Of a stretch of 64,000 nucleotides of DNA, positions 26,059 through 38,435 are shown piece by piece; positions within the stretch are counted from its first letter, which is position 1; the number at the start of each line of letters is the position of its first letter. The notes under the pieces are model-generated. The model ran no database searches, had not been told where the DNA came from, and saw only the letters and a list, made by a program, of their open reading frames with translations. A program made the position numbers and the translations under genes. Source of the stretch: the human T2T-CHM13v2.0 reference genome, Homo sapiens; NCBI RefSeq assembly GCF_009914755.1, contig NC_060928.1; one strand, 5' to 3'.

Positions 26059-29000
26059 CATACATATTATTTTTAACTCATCTCTGTAGGATGTAGCCCA
26101 GAGTCCTGAATGTATTAAGTACTCAACAAATAAATATATATGTTACAATAACATTGATACATCCAAGCCGAGACATCTAGTTAAGGTTTAATATATGGTT
26201 GTTATTAATGTAATATATTAGCAGTTTGAGCTAGAAGTAGACAGAAGTAGTTGTTCATGTCATTACAGAGATAACTGCTTCTTTCACTTTTTCTCCTCTT
26301 GCCTTTCCTCCTTTTCTTTTCCTTCTGTTTTCCCACCCTTTTCTTCCTTCTTCTTCTTTTATTTTAGAGAGAGGACTAAAATAATGAAGACCAGAACTAG
26401 ACAAGTTATCAAGACGTACTAATTCCTTAGTTGATAAAGAACCTGTGCAAGAGACAGTGATACATCAGAGAGAGAAAAACATTAAGCACTGAGAGGGGAC
26501 AAACTGATGGATTCCATGGCAAAGTTTCCTGACACAATTCACCTCCAGAAATGTTAATGTTACTTAGTAGAAAAAAATAAAATTCTCCATGTTTAAAAAT
26601 AAGATTCAACTTAAACGACCCTATTAATGATGAAGAAAATTGTCTTTAAAATGGAAGTGTATTAACCTCTGTGAGGTCTAGAGAATACCTGGGGCCCATA
26701 TAACATAAGTCAGAATTTTTTAACATTATAAACCAAGATTAGTTATTAAAAATATGTTTTATCTTTTTACCCTGACAAATATGTCAGTAGAAGTCTTGAA
26801 ACTGAGCACAAGTGTAGACAGATCGCCACTCAGAAATGGTGATGCAAGGACCGCTGGTTTGCACCTCCTGGCTTAAGATTCCACCTATCTTCTCTTCCTA
26901 CTCCCAATTTCTGCAGTTACACACTTTGACCCACATTCCAAGTTTCTGTCACAGCCTCAGAGAAACAACCATCCCCTGGCCACTCTTGCTATCCATGAGG
27001 TTACCACGTTCATGGTGTGCCTTTGGGGGAAGGGAGCTTGAGATAATGCCCACTGAATTACTGGAAGGAGGCTTAAGGCTATTTAAACCAGACATGCAAG
27101 ATCCTGGGCATTTAGAACAAGAAAGGTTTAGGGATGGGGTGCATAAAGGCTCTGAGTGAGCAAGGACCCTTTGTTCCATGGCCTGCTAACTGTGTGGTAA
27201 GTAGGAGCATGGCTAAAATAGGGCCAGAGTGGGGTTATTTTGTCTGAGTCTATGGGCAGCCTATGTGCCAATATACAAGTAAAATCTATACCACAGTTTG
27301 ACTCTGTTATCCTATATACAGAATTTAGTTAGTGAATAAAATCTTTCTTCTTCTACATTCAAAAGTTTTGAATACAATTAGAACATAGAATATAATGGTT
27401 TTAAGAAGTAAATGTGTGCCCAGTTCCTTTGGCAAAATTTTGGGCCAGCTCAGCCCCTGTTCCCAGTGGGAATTACACAGATCTATTGAGAAAGTTCTCT
27501 AAACCATCTGGAGTGTTACAATGGCATTTACTTTCCTCTAATTTGCTCTCAGTGTGCCACTCAACTTTTTCTGTTCTCGAAGGACATCCCTGAGTTTTAA
27601 ATTGGCTGTTTTCTTTATTTATTATCAAAGACTAACATTAAGACAACACAGAAAATAATGTTGCATTTCAAAGCAACAGCTGTGCTGGTTTCAACAGTGC
27701 TTTATTAAAAGTCTCTAAGTTGTGTACCACATTGAGTTTTTAACTTTCAGAGAACAACACCAATTTTTATCCACTTCACCAGATTTTTAATGAGCAGTTT
27801 CTCCCCTGATGTCTGTGTCAGAGGGTGGAGAGGTATGGTTTTTCGTTTCCGGCTGTTTCAATTTAGGAGATAATCATTATTTTGTGTACTCTAACATCAC
27901 CAATAAATCTGATTAGGGAAAATTCTGACACAAGAAATGGCTGAGTTGACATTGATTTTTAAAAGACATTGATAATTACTCTAGATTGATAAACCTCATC
28001 TGTTTCAACAACAGATGCTTTCCACTAGAAGTCCCACACCATAATTTATCTTCATTTTTCCTGCTGTATTTTTTACCCATCATCCTGTACATTCTGGAGC
28101 ATGTAGGAATAAATAATCTCCTACAGAACAAAGGGAAGAACAGCAGATTAAAATCTGAATCAAGTCATCAAAGGCCCTTAGACTGCACAGTGATGCAAAG
28201 CTGCACAAATCATCAGTCTAAATCTATCAACACTTTCATGCTGTTTCCTCAATAGGAATAATTGGATGATTTATATTTCCTGCTGACTTTTCAACATGAT
28301 TGTCAGTGCACAAAACAAATTGGTTTTAATAAGAACTTTTATATGAGCATACAGAAATGGAATGATGAGAGACGTAAATGAAGGTTTTAATAAGTGTATT
28401 GATAGAGCTGTACCAAAAAATATTCAAATAACTAGGATGATTAAGCAATAATGAACATCCTACTTATTACCTTAACCTCTTTCCAAATGTCTAATGAACT
28501 TATTAATAAATAGCATGCTGTCTTTAGAATAATGAGTCCCTTCTTTTTTCACCAGTGCTGAAATGTTACACTGATGATAGTGAAAACTAATCATACTTGA
28601 AAAGGTTAAAATGCAGACCCCACACACATTCATCTAAAATGCAGGTTTTATTATAAAATGAGTCCTTAATAGATTACACTTTACTAAAATATGTGATTTT
28701 CATTATTTTTAAAAATTTTGTTCTGGAACATATTTTGAAAAGAATAGCAAATTGTAATAGCTACAAAACTAATTGTTGTTTTATTTTGGGGAGGGGATTG
28801 ATGGAATTATGTAATGTTTGAATTGAATAACTTTGATTTTGTTTTACAAAGTTTGCAAATGCTGACAGAAATATCCTGACAAATAGAATTTATAATATTA
28901 TGTTTTAAGTACACAACATTGTCATGGAGCGGAGAGATCGGGGCCACCTGCATAGAGCCTTATCTATGACTAAGAGGGAGTGGTTGCAGTGAAGTCAAAT

Positions 29001-29248
29001 AAATGAAAAAAAATAAGTGAGGGTTGTGAAGTGGTTGGGTCAAATTGGGGAACCCTTTGAAACCAGATAAAACTTAATATTATGCTTCATTCTGTGCATA
29101 ATATTGTTAGTAAACAGTGAGAAAAAATGTCAAAAATGTCTGCTCAGTACTGTTAGAGTAAGATTGACAAGATAAAATGAAATCACTGAGGCTTCATTTG
29201 GTAAGCTTTATTTTCTGTATCTTTTAATATAAAACAGTTTAGTTAATA

Positions 29249-29990
29249 GAGCTGACCCTCGAACAATGTGTGGTTTAGGCCTGCTGAACTTCTGTGAAGT
29301 TGAAAATCTGCATATAACTTTTGAGTTCCAAAAAACGTAACCACTAACAGCCTACTGTTGACCAGAAGCCTTACCGATAACATAAACAATCAATTAACAC
29401 ATATTTTGTATGTTACATGTGTTATATGCTGTATTCTGACAGTACATTAAGCTAGAGAGAAGAAAGTGTTACTAAGAAAATCATAAGAAAGAAAGAATAT
29501 ATTTACTATTTATTAAGTGGAAGTGGATCATTATAAATGTCTTCATCCTCATTGTCTCCATATGAATAGGCTGAGGAGGGGTTGGTCTTGCCGGCTCAGG
29601 GTGGGCAGAGGCAGAAGAAAGTTCACATGAAAGTGGACCAGCGACCGGGCGCGGTGGCTCATGCCTGTAATGCCAGCACTTCGGGAAGCCAAGGTGGGCC
29701 GATCACGAGGTCAGGAGATCGAGAGCACCCTGGCAAAACATGGTGAAACCCCGTCTCTATTAAAAAGTATAAAAAATTAGCTGGGCGTGGTGGCAGGCAC
29801 CTGTAGTTCCAGCTAATTGGGTGGCTGAGGCAGGAGAATGGTGTGAAACCAGGAAGCAGAGCTTTCGGTGAGTGGAGATGGTGCCACCGCACTCCAGCCT
29901 GGGCGACAGAGTGAGACTCTGTCTCAAAAAAAAAAAAAAAAAAAAAGTGGACCAGTACAGTTCAAATCCTGGTTGTTCAAAGGTCAACTG
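29249..29990 (+). mobile_element. Tigger2a (MER28) non-autonomous TcMar DNA transposon, split by an Alu
   Basis: Terminal inverted repeats gagctgaccctcgaacaa / ttgttcaaaggtcaactg, TA on both flanks (29247-48 and 29991-92), characteristic internal sequence. Confidence 0.9.
29643..29943 (+). mobile_element. AluY-like
   Basis: gatcacgaggtcaggagatcgag and ggagaatggtgtgaa diagnostics. TSD aaagtggaccag at 29630-29641 and 29944-29955. Confidence 0.93.
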
Positions 29991-30814
29991 TACGTTGATG
30001 TTTCATTTTAATTATTTAAAACCTCATGTTATTAGCAGATAAAAAGGATGGTAATGGGGTACAGAAGTTTGAGAATTTTTCTATTATTGCTGGAATATAG
30101 AATTTTTTATATTACTATATTATTAGACAATTTTTCTGTATTACTACATTTTATATTATCTATATTATAGATACCACATGTAATAATATATATCATTAAA
30201 TTCTTTGTAAAATTACTTTTTAAATATTCTTATTTAATAAGATGCAAATTATTGCATTAATATATTAGTTTCTTATTGTGACTTTTTAAATTTAAATGGA
30301 AAAATACAGTTTGTCAGATACTACGAGCAGGGACTCACCAATGAAATTTTAAGATCACGTTTCAATTTAAATTGGTCAGTAAAAGTAAAAAACGATCTCC
30401 TCCTTATTATAAAAAGTTTTAACTTCTGAAAATAAAGTTCTGAACTTACTAATAGTTTGAACCCAGCCCTAGCACAGAGAGTGTGGTGAGGTATAGCTTC
30501 TGCTGCCTCCTCTCTTCCTTTGTGCATCTCTGAAACTTCAGGAGAGGCAAGAGACTGTGATCATATCCAGTATGTGCAATCAGGAGTGGAGGATATTAAA
30601 AGGATTTTTAGGAACAGAAGAGAAGTTGGCTTAACTGCCTGCAGGATCCTCAAACAAGCCAACATTTTTAAACCAAACTTTCATTGAACTTATTATTTGC
30701 ACAGTCCTCACCAATAAATGTACCAGGTAGAAAGAAAAGGAGGTTATTAAAATGAACAAGGGTCAAATGATCAAAAAACCAATGAATACTAATATGTAAG
30801 CTAATATTTCAGAT

Positions 30815-31022
30815 TTCATATATATTTATATATCTCCCTATATAGGTATACATATATACATGATATATATGTGTATATGTGAGTAAGAATATATATAAAT
30901 ATAATACTGTACATACATGCTATATATATGTATATGGCATTAAATATTACATCTTTATATCTGTTTTATATATACTACATATATATTTACATGTACTTAT
31001 ATAGGACATATATAAAATATAA
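30815..31022 (+). repeat. Degenerate (TA)n low-complexity tract
   Basis: Dense TA/CA/TG alternation. Confidence 0.8.
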
Positions 31023-34000
31023 AGTTTTGGAAAAGATACAAAGCAAATAAGAAAATGGTTACTTTGGAGAAGACGGGGAGACGGCGATGGTATTTAGAAT
31101 TGTCAACAAATAAGACCTTAGATATTGTATTTTAAACATTTTTCCAAAACATGTACTCATGTTCTATTTTTGTAACTTACTAATTTTAACAAAGATTTGT
31201 GCCATGTGAACAACAAGAGTTTCAATCACCAGTTGAGTTTCCAACAAGCTCGTACACAATGGCTTTCTTTCTTTGAAGTGATGGTAGAGCCAAGAAAAAC
31301 TAAAAGCAGATACTGTCCTCTACTATTTTCACCATTGCCCTGTGATTGCCCAAACATTTTTTCTTTGGCGAAGATCTTCCAGTCCCACGTGACCTCTGTC
31401 TGCTGTGCCTTAGTGGCAACTCATTATTGGATTACCACAGCTTCCTTATAGCTTTTGCTGGCTGACAGCAGGAAATGCTAATATCACTTTAGCCAGTTTA
31501 ACAAATATTTTATTCATTTGTTTACGTTCCATTTATTTTGCTAAGCTCAGGTCAGAATCTATAGGAATGTAGGAGACAGAATATTAAAATGTAAATAAAA
31601 CACTAATCCATTATGGCAAAGCTGTTTCAATCTTTAAGAAAAAAAGACATCCTTTTTGTTCTTAATATAAATAATTAAGAAATGTGTCTAATTTTATTTT
31701 TTGTTACATATTTGTTCTTCTTTTCATTTTTTAAATCTACTTATTGTATCTATGGGGTAAAATGTACTAACTAGCAATATTTTTATCAAATGCTTATAAT
31801 ATACTGCATACCATGAGGGAATTTAGAACTAAATTAGTAGGCTCCTGACCTTAAGGAGTATATTAGCAAATTAAAGAAGTAAGATACATGCCTGGACAAA
31901 TCTGAATATGACATAGGAGGGACTGTGAGAGCTCACGGAGAGAAAGATACTGTCTGGAGTAATGAAGAAACTCTTGCTTTAATTGGGATTAAATGATATC
32001 ATGAAGCAAAACTCTGCAGTAAGAGTGCTTATAACTTAATTAGAAACATATGATACATATAGTGTACAGTATGCATTTATACACAGACATGAATATTAAA
32101 GTCATTCCTATATATGCACACAATATACATATACATATAACAATATGTATATAATATACATTTATATACAGGGAATGACTTCAATATTCTATGGCATGAG
32201 ACACAAACTTATTTCCATCTTTCGTGCATGATGTTTACGGTCCCATCATTATTACCCTACATTTACCTGCTCCATCTAGTGTAAGTATTTTGGTCACAAT
32301 TCTCACAAAATAAACATTCTTTAAAAATGAAAAAGAAAAACTAGTATGTTTGTGAAAGATGTTCCAAACCAACCAAATAAATACACCCACAAGTAACAAC
32401 AAAAACAAAATTAATAGAAGTAAAAATTAAAAGAAGAGGCCTAAAAGAGTAATGTTTTTTAAGCCAAATTTTAGATTAAAAAAAAAATCAGAAGAGAGTC
32501 AATTTTCATGGGTGCTAAGATAGTAGAAGGAAATAAGACCTTCATGTATACTCTATGACATTTAAAAAACAGTGATTAATTGTTTTCAGAAAAGCCTCAG
32601 CTGGGTCAAAATTTTCTCATCAAATTAGAAAATGTTAGTGAAATTTGGAAAGTCTTAAGGTGTAATATGATCAGTTTATATACCACTAGACAGAAATAAG
32701 ATTTGAAAGAAAATTTGGAGCTCAAGTAAATATAAAAAGACCTCCAAATATGTCTTCATAAATATAAATATATGTCATATAAACATACCAAGAAGCTATG
32801 ACACGCTAAGACTGAGAAATAAGAAGAGTGTGGCCAGACAATGAAGGGTACTAAAAGCCAGGAAGATTGTGGGAGGAATTTGGAATTCTGTAATAGTTTA
32901 AAAGTTTGTAGGTTAGATTGATATAACAAAAAACTATATGAGTAATGGTATTGAATTGTATTGGGAAGGTTTTTAATGTTAACTCATATTCTTGCTCTCT
33001 CATTCTCATTTGGACAACCATATGCATATTTTAATGTTAACGGACAAGTGTGATGAATGTCAAATGAGAAAATAACCTCTGTTTGTGGACCTTAGGTTTC
33101 CTGGAAGTGCATTCACCTTGCACAGTAGTCAGAAAATCACAGTGTGCATGACTAGGAAGGAGAAGAACTCCTAATGCAATCCTGGATCATGAGGCAGCTG
33201 CTGAAATTGAGCAAGATCAGAAACTGATCCTAGATACACCCTATTTCCTCTCAAGACTGCTTGGTGAAATACAACTAGTATTATCACCATTTTGAATTGT
33301 CATGACTTGAAAGCCTTTAATGTTAATAAATTCAAGGAAAACTTCTGATTTTTAAAATATTAAAGACTCGGGCTTAAATTTATAGCATCTGCATGCTGAA
33401 GCTTTTGGGAGTTCTCCAAACCTCCCCTCTTTGAAAGTAGAAATGTAGTTTAGATAGTGACGCTCTTTGTTGGGAAGCCCTAGTAAATATCCTTCAGGGA
33501 ATGAAATGATGAGGGCTTGAATGGAGAGAAAGGGCTGAGAAAATATTCTAATGTACAAAAACACAAGATATTTTCTTGTGTAATAATTCCCATTTTTAAA
33601 CAATTGAACACCATTAATAATGGCTTTTTGAGAGGCTATTTATACTAGATGCTGTATCGCTCCTTTATATATATGATCTTCTATTTTTATAACATGGACT
33701 ATTAATTTTGTTCAACCCTGGGCAACCATAAGGTGCTGTAAATTTATTTACAGATATGAGAAATCAGAATTTTTTGTATTTTAGAGAACTAAACCAAAAG
33801 AGTCCATAAATTGTAAGAATACCATCAGTAATAGAAAAACAATAATTTATTCTCATCCATCAGTATAAATGCAACACATTATTTCATATGAAATTTCCTA
33901 AAATTTCAATAGTGCCAGGTATTTTTTAATCATATATTCAGTACGATTTATTTAAATGATGTACTTAATTTCCATTTTTATTTTCAGAATTTGCAGTTTA

Positions 34001-34297
34001 TGAAGGTAAGCACTCCTTCTATCTTGCCTAGAGGTAACATTATATCCATAGGGACTAACACATTTATTTTCACATAATAAATACTCAGCAATTCTTGAGT
34101 AAAAGGATGCTGAAAAAAATGGCCAGTAATTGTGCAACCAAATAGCTGCAGAATGAAAGAGATACAGAATTCCAGAACTCCAACAAAGATGACTCAGGAA
34201 TAATCTAATTGTTGAAAGAGTAGACAGCATGCTAATTTGATCAGCAGTTATATTCATCATGGTAGGAGAAAGAATGCAAACAGAAGGCAACAGTCAG

Positions 34298-34777
34298 TGT
34301 CAGGCTCCAACCTGAGCTGGGGTCCAAAGGGAGCTGGTGGACGGGTGGCGGGTAGCTGAAAGTACACTCAAGAGACCGTAGGCAGTTGTGATATGGTTTT
34401 ATTTTCTCTCTCTTCATCAGCCTTTGTCTCAGCTGCCCGCTCTGGCCGCAGTCCCGCTCTGCACCAGCTCCACCTCTCCTGCTGCTCCCATGCCTGCAGC
34501 TACTCTCCCTTGCATGCTTGCAGCTTTCTGACTCCCCCTTGCTTGTCTGTCTGCAAGGCAGCTGGTGGTTCTCTTACAGAGTCAGCAGTGAAGTTATATT
34601 ACTCACAGACAACAGTGGCTCAAAGCCAGGTGATGGGCCCACCCATAACATGGTTACAGAACTGTGATTATATAATGCACAGAACTGTGCACGTGTGCTC
34701 CAATCACACTGTGTCATGCTGCATTGGAATGTTTACCTGGGCCTACTCTTGACTGAAGCACATCCATTTTCCTTACA
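34298..34777 (-). mobile_element. 3' LTR18 of HERV-S
   Basis: Minus strand reads TGTAAGGAAAATGGATGTGCTTCAGTCAAGAGTAGG...CCTGACA; AATAAAA (-) at ~34397-34403. Confidence 0.9.
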
Positions 34778-35270
34778 CTCCACTCCGTAGGATGAGGGAG
34801 TCGTTCTAGTGGGGAGATGTGCTCACAGGGCAGAACCTTGGACCCATAAGCTACAGCACTAATACAGGGAGCAACAACTCGCTGCTAACTAGCCCTATTC
34901 GTTATAGATGCTATGGGTCAGCCAGGGGCCTCTGTGCTGAACAATGGTACCACACCTTTTCAGCTCCCCAATGTTTCCTTTGGGTTCTGTATCTGTGTTT
35001 GTTACTGGGGAGCTTATAATAGGCTAGACAACATATATGTCCCCCGGAGGAGGGTTCTTTCCCTGGCTCTTCCCTTACAAACGGTCAATTACGGAGGCCA
35101 TATATTAAATACCCAAGGAGTGACGTGTAAATTATACTGTAGGCCTTCCCCCCAGGGGGCTATGATGGCCAACCACCTGCAGTGGGGCCTTGGAGGGTCC
35201 ATGGCCAAAGCCAGGTATTTTGTTTCCCTGCCTTTGTTGGTGTTGAGGCAGGCAGCAATAGGTTACCATT

Positions 35271-35683
35271 TATATTAGTCAGGGTTCTCTAGAGGGACAG
35301 AAATCATGGAATAAAGGTGAGTTTATTAAGTATTAACTCACATGATTACAAGGTCCCACAATATGCTGGAGAGCCAGTCTGAGTTCCAAAACTGAAGAAC
35401 TTGGGAGTCCAATGTTCTAGGGCAGGAAGCATCCATCATGGGAGAAAGATGTAGGCTGGGAGGCTAGACTAGTCTCTCTTTTCACATTTTTCTGCCTGCT
35501 TATATTCTAGCCATGCTGGCAGCTGATTAGACTGTGCCTACCCACGTTAAGGGTAGGTCTGCCTTTCCCAGCCCACTGATTCAAATGTTAATCTCCTTTG
35601 GCAACACCCTCACAGACACACACAGGATCAATACTTTGTATCCTTCAATCCAATCCAATTGACACTCAGTATTAACCATCACA
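35271..35683 (-). mobile_element. Solo MLT2A (MLT2A1-like, HERV-L LTR) nested in HERV-S
   Basis: tatattagtcagggttctctagagggacag...gacactcagtattaaccatcaca. Flanks ccatt / atgtt are compatible with a CpG-decayed 5-bp TSD. Confidence 0.9.
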
Positions 35684-35759
35684 ATGTTTATCACCATTAC
35701 TGGTCGGAGGAGGTCATCCTTCCTCCCATAGGTCTTGAGTTTGGCCTGGCAGCACATGG

Positions 35760-37380
35760 GCTGATGACCAACTAGCCAATTCTGTAACTTCTAGGTAGTT
35801 AACCACAAGGTTAAACCTTGATACACTGCCCAACTGTCGGTGCAGATTTACCATAGGTGTCTCCTCCTTGGTGATCACCATTCATACCACTCTGAGCTCA
35901 GCCCATTGACTATGTTGTCCACACCCAATATTAAACCATATGATGTCAGTATTAGCCTGGACCACGTTAGTCCAGCACCCTGGCTGAACCCATCTGTGTA
36001 CCATGCCCCATTGGGGCTGACTTGGGGGTGCCACTCTTTAAACAGTGATGAGGGTCTAAGGGTGCCTCAGCTGACCCATGGCCTTATCTTGCATTAGGAT
36101 TACAGATCCCAAGATTTCTTGTAATTCTGCTGCTAAGGGGCTTGTACTCAGGGTATTCCACTGTTCAAAGTAGGCACCCCACTTTGCTAAAGTGGATGTG
36201 TGTGCCATCCCAGTCCAGGGGGTTGTTACCCATAAATGTACCCACCCCACTAATGGGTAAGTCACCTGCATGTTGACTGTAGCCCATCCTGTCATGCTCT
36301 CACGAGTCTGATGGGTGGCATATGCAGCTGCTAAGTGCTTCTTTATTGATGCATACTGGAGTTCAGCTCCCTTCCAAAGTTGGGACTAAAAGACTACTGG
36401 TGTTCTAAAGCTCTCCATGTGCTGCCATAGGCCCCAGCCAAACCCATCTGTGGTCACGTGCACATCAAGTTCAAATGGGCACCCTTGATCAATCATTTGT
36501 AGGGCCTGTGCTTGCTGAATAGCCTACTTGGCTGCCAGAAAGGCTGTCTTAGCCTTATCATCCCAATCCCAGATAGCCCCCCTTTTTGTCAACAGATACA
36601 AGTGTTTTATTATTTGACCCAAAAGGGGCACACATGCCTGCCAATACCCCAGGAGGCCCACAAAGGTTTGCAACTGCCTCACCATGGTGGTCTGGGGATA
36701 TGCCTGAATTTTGTCTGTGATGGCCTCTGGTATGGCTTTTCATCTTACACGACAAGATAACTCTCAAGAATTCGGCAGTCAATCCAGGCCCTCATTCTTT
36801 GGATTCATTGATAGCCTAACCACGTGCTGCCAAATGTTGTCGCAAGAGGGCTACTGATGCTTTTAAATCTGCAAGAGAATCAGAGGTTAACATAATATCA
36901 TCAATATAATGGAATAGGTGGATTCCCTTTGGACATTTCCAGGGAGCTCAATCTATGACAGCAAGACCATGACATATAGTGGGGCTATGCACACAGCCCT
37001 GTGGCAACACTGTGAAAGTCCACTGTGGCCTCTTCCATGTGAAGGCAAACTGTTTCTGACTCTCTGGAGCGATGTCAATGGAAAATAATGCATTAGCCAA
37101 GTCCACTGCATAGTGGTACTGTCCCAATTCCATCGTCAAGCAGTCCATGAAATCCATGATAGATGTGGCAGAGCTGCCAAGCCATGTGAAATATCCATCC
37201 CCAGAATGCACTCTGCTATGGGACAGACATATGCAGTGTATAACTATGGAGCCAAACGGCTGATGCCTAGGTGCAGAGATACAGGTTTCACTTTCACTGA
37301 CCGGCCTCCATAGCCATCTATGTATGCAGCTTTGCCCAGAAACTTATCCAGGTTCCCACAGACGAGGCTACAATTACTTC
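35760..37380 (-). pseudogene. HERV-S pro-pol remnants
   Basis: Protease-like YIDGYGGRSVKV; RT ORF 36948-37211; RNase H/connection ORF 36056-36295 (STLAKWGAYFEQ). Multiple stops and frameshifts. Confidence 0.8.
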
Positions 37381-38053
37381 AGCAACTTCCCTAATTAAAC
37401 ACAAAAGGCTCTATTCCTCTGCTCATTTGCAAGTAATCCGTGAGCTGGAGCATCCAGGTGGGACTGGGTCTAGCGGCTAACCCTACCCACTTATGGACAT
37501 TTCTCAGAATTGCTGCTCCGAGGATAATTGCCTCCACAGTGGGGCAGAACAGGAAATACTGTCAGCTCCTTAGTTCCAGAGGCCAAGCATCCAGGGGAGG
37601 TGGGAGCTCCCCAGGAGGCTGCTGACATTGTTTACCTAATTCCCACAACTCAGTTGGGATATAGGCATATATGAAGTGTGCTCTGCCATGGTAAGGATCC
37701 CTGGGCCCCCCCACCCCAGAGCTGTTCATGCCCTACTTTCTGGTGGAACACTGGACGAGCCTGAAAAGGAGGTTCTTCCTCCTCTGTATCAGACTGAGTG
37801 GAGGTCCCTTACCTGTGCTGCATCCAACAAGGACTGAGTGTGCCTGTCCCATAGTGTAGTCAGAAATGCCCATCCTACTCTACTGGGAAAGGCCCACTTC
37901 TGTCCAGTGTTCTGTGCTTCCAGGTACTTCAGCACCTTTTCCATACTTATGGGGGACCTGTCCACTGCCACCCATGTTTCCATTGGGGGCCATCGAAGCA
38001 GCATGGCCACATAGCTTACCCGGGATCATCAGGCTGAGGGCTCACTCACCTCA

Positions 38054-38073
38054 GAATCCTACCGACTATGCCA
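38054..38073 (-). other. Primer-binding site complementary to the tRNA-Ser 3' end
   Basis: Plus strand gaatcctaccgactatgcca vs tRNA-Ser 3' end gaatcctgccgactacgcca (18/20), 2 nt from the 5' LTR. Confidence 0.9.
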
Positions 38074-38075
38074 AG

Positions 38076-38435
38076 TATCGGGTTCCAGCCCAAGCTGGGG
38101 TCTGAGGGGAGCTGGTGGACAGGTGGCTCCCTGGCACTTGCCACTTTCTGGCTTCCCACCCTTGTCTGCCTGCAAGGCAGCTGGCAGCTCTCTTTCAGAG
38201 TCAGCAGTGCAGTTATATTACTCACAGAAAATAGTGGCTCAAAGCCAGGTGATGAGCCCACCCATAATGTGGTTACATAACTGTGATTATATAATGCATG
38301 GGCTTGTGCACTTGCACTCCAATCCTGCTGTGTCATACTGCTCAGCCTACTCTTGACTGAAGTTTACCTCAGCCTACTCTTGACTGAAGTTTACCTCAGC
38401 CTACTCTTGACTGAAGCACATCCATTTTCCTTACA
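38076..38435 (-). mobile_element. 5' LTR18 of HERV-S (internal deletion plus 27-bp tandem triplication)
   Basis: Aligns to 34298-34777 at roughly 90% by eye in the shared blocks. Confidence 0.9.
38341..38416 (+). repeat. 27-bp tandem repeat, 2.8 identical copies
   Basis: ctcagcctactcttgactgaagtttac at 38341-38367 and 38368-38394, partial copy at 38395-38416. Confidence 0.97.

Larger units (their letters stand above)
34298..38435 (-). mobile_element. HERV-S / HERVL18 provirus with two LTR18-type LTRs, internally deleted
   Basis: Direct-repeat LTRs; perfect 5-bp TSD GTCAG (34293-34297 and 38436-38440); tRNA-Ser PBS; PPT-like ggagtggag at 34778-34786 (-); RT motifs VDLANALFSI, LPQG and YIDD (~36895-36910). 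Confidence 0.92.

Noticed and set aside
38054-38073. tRNA-Ser-like sequence
   Set aside because: Only the 3' 20 nt next to an LTR, so it is a PBS and not a tRNA gene.
38341-38416. 27-bp repeats resembling a CRISPR array
   Set aside because: Head-to-tail with no spacers, inside a eukaryotic LTR.
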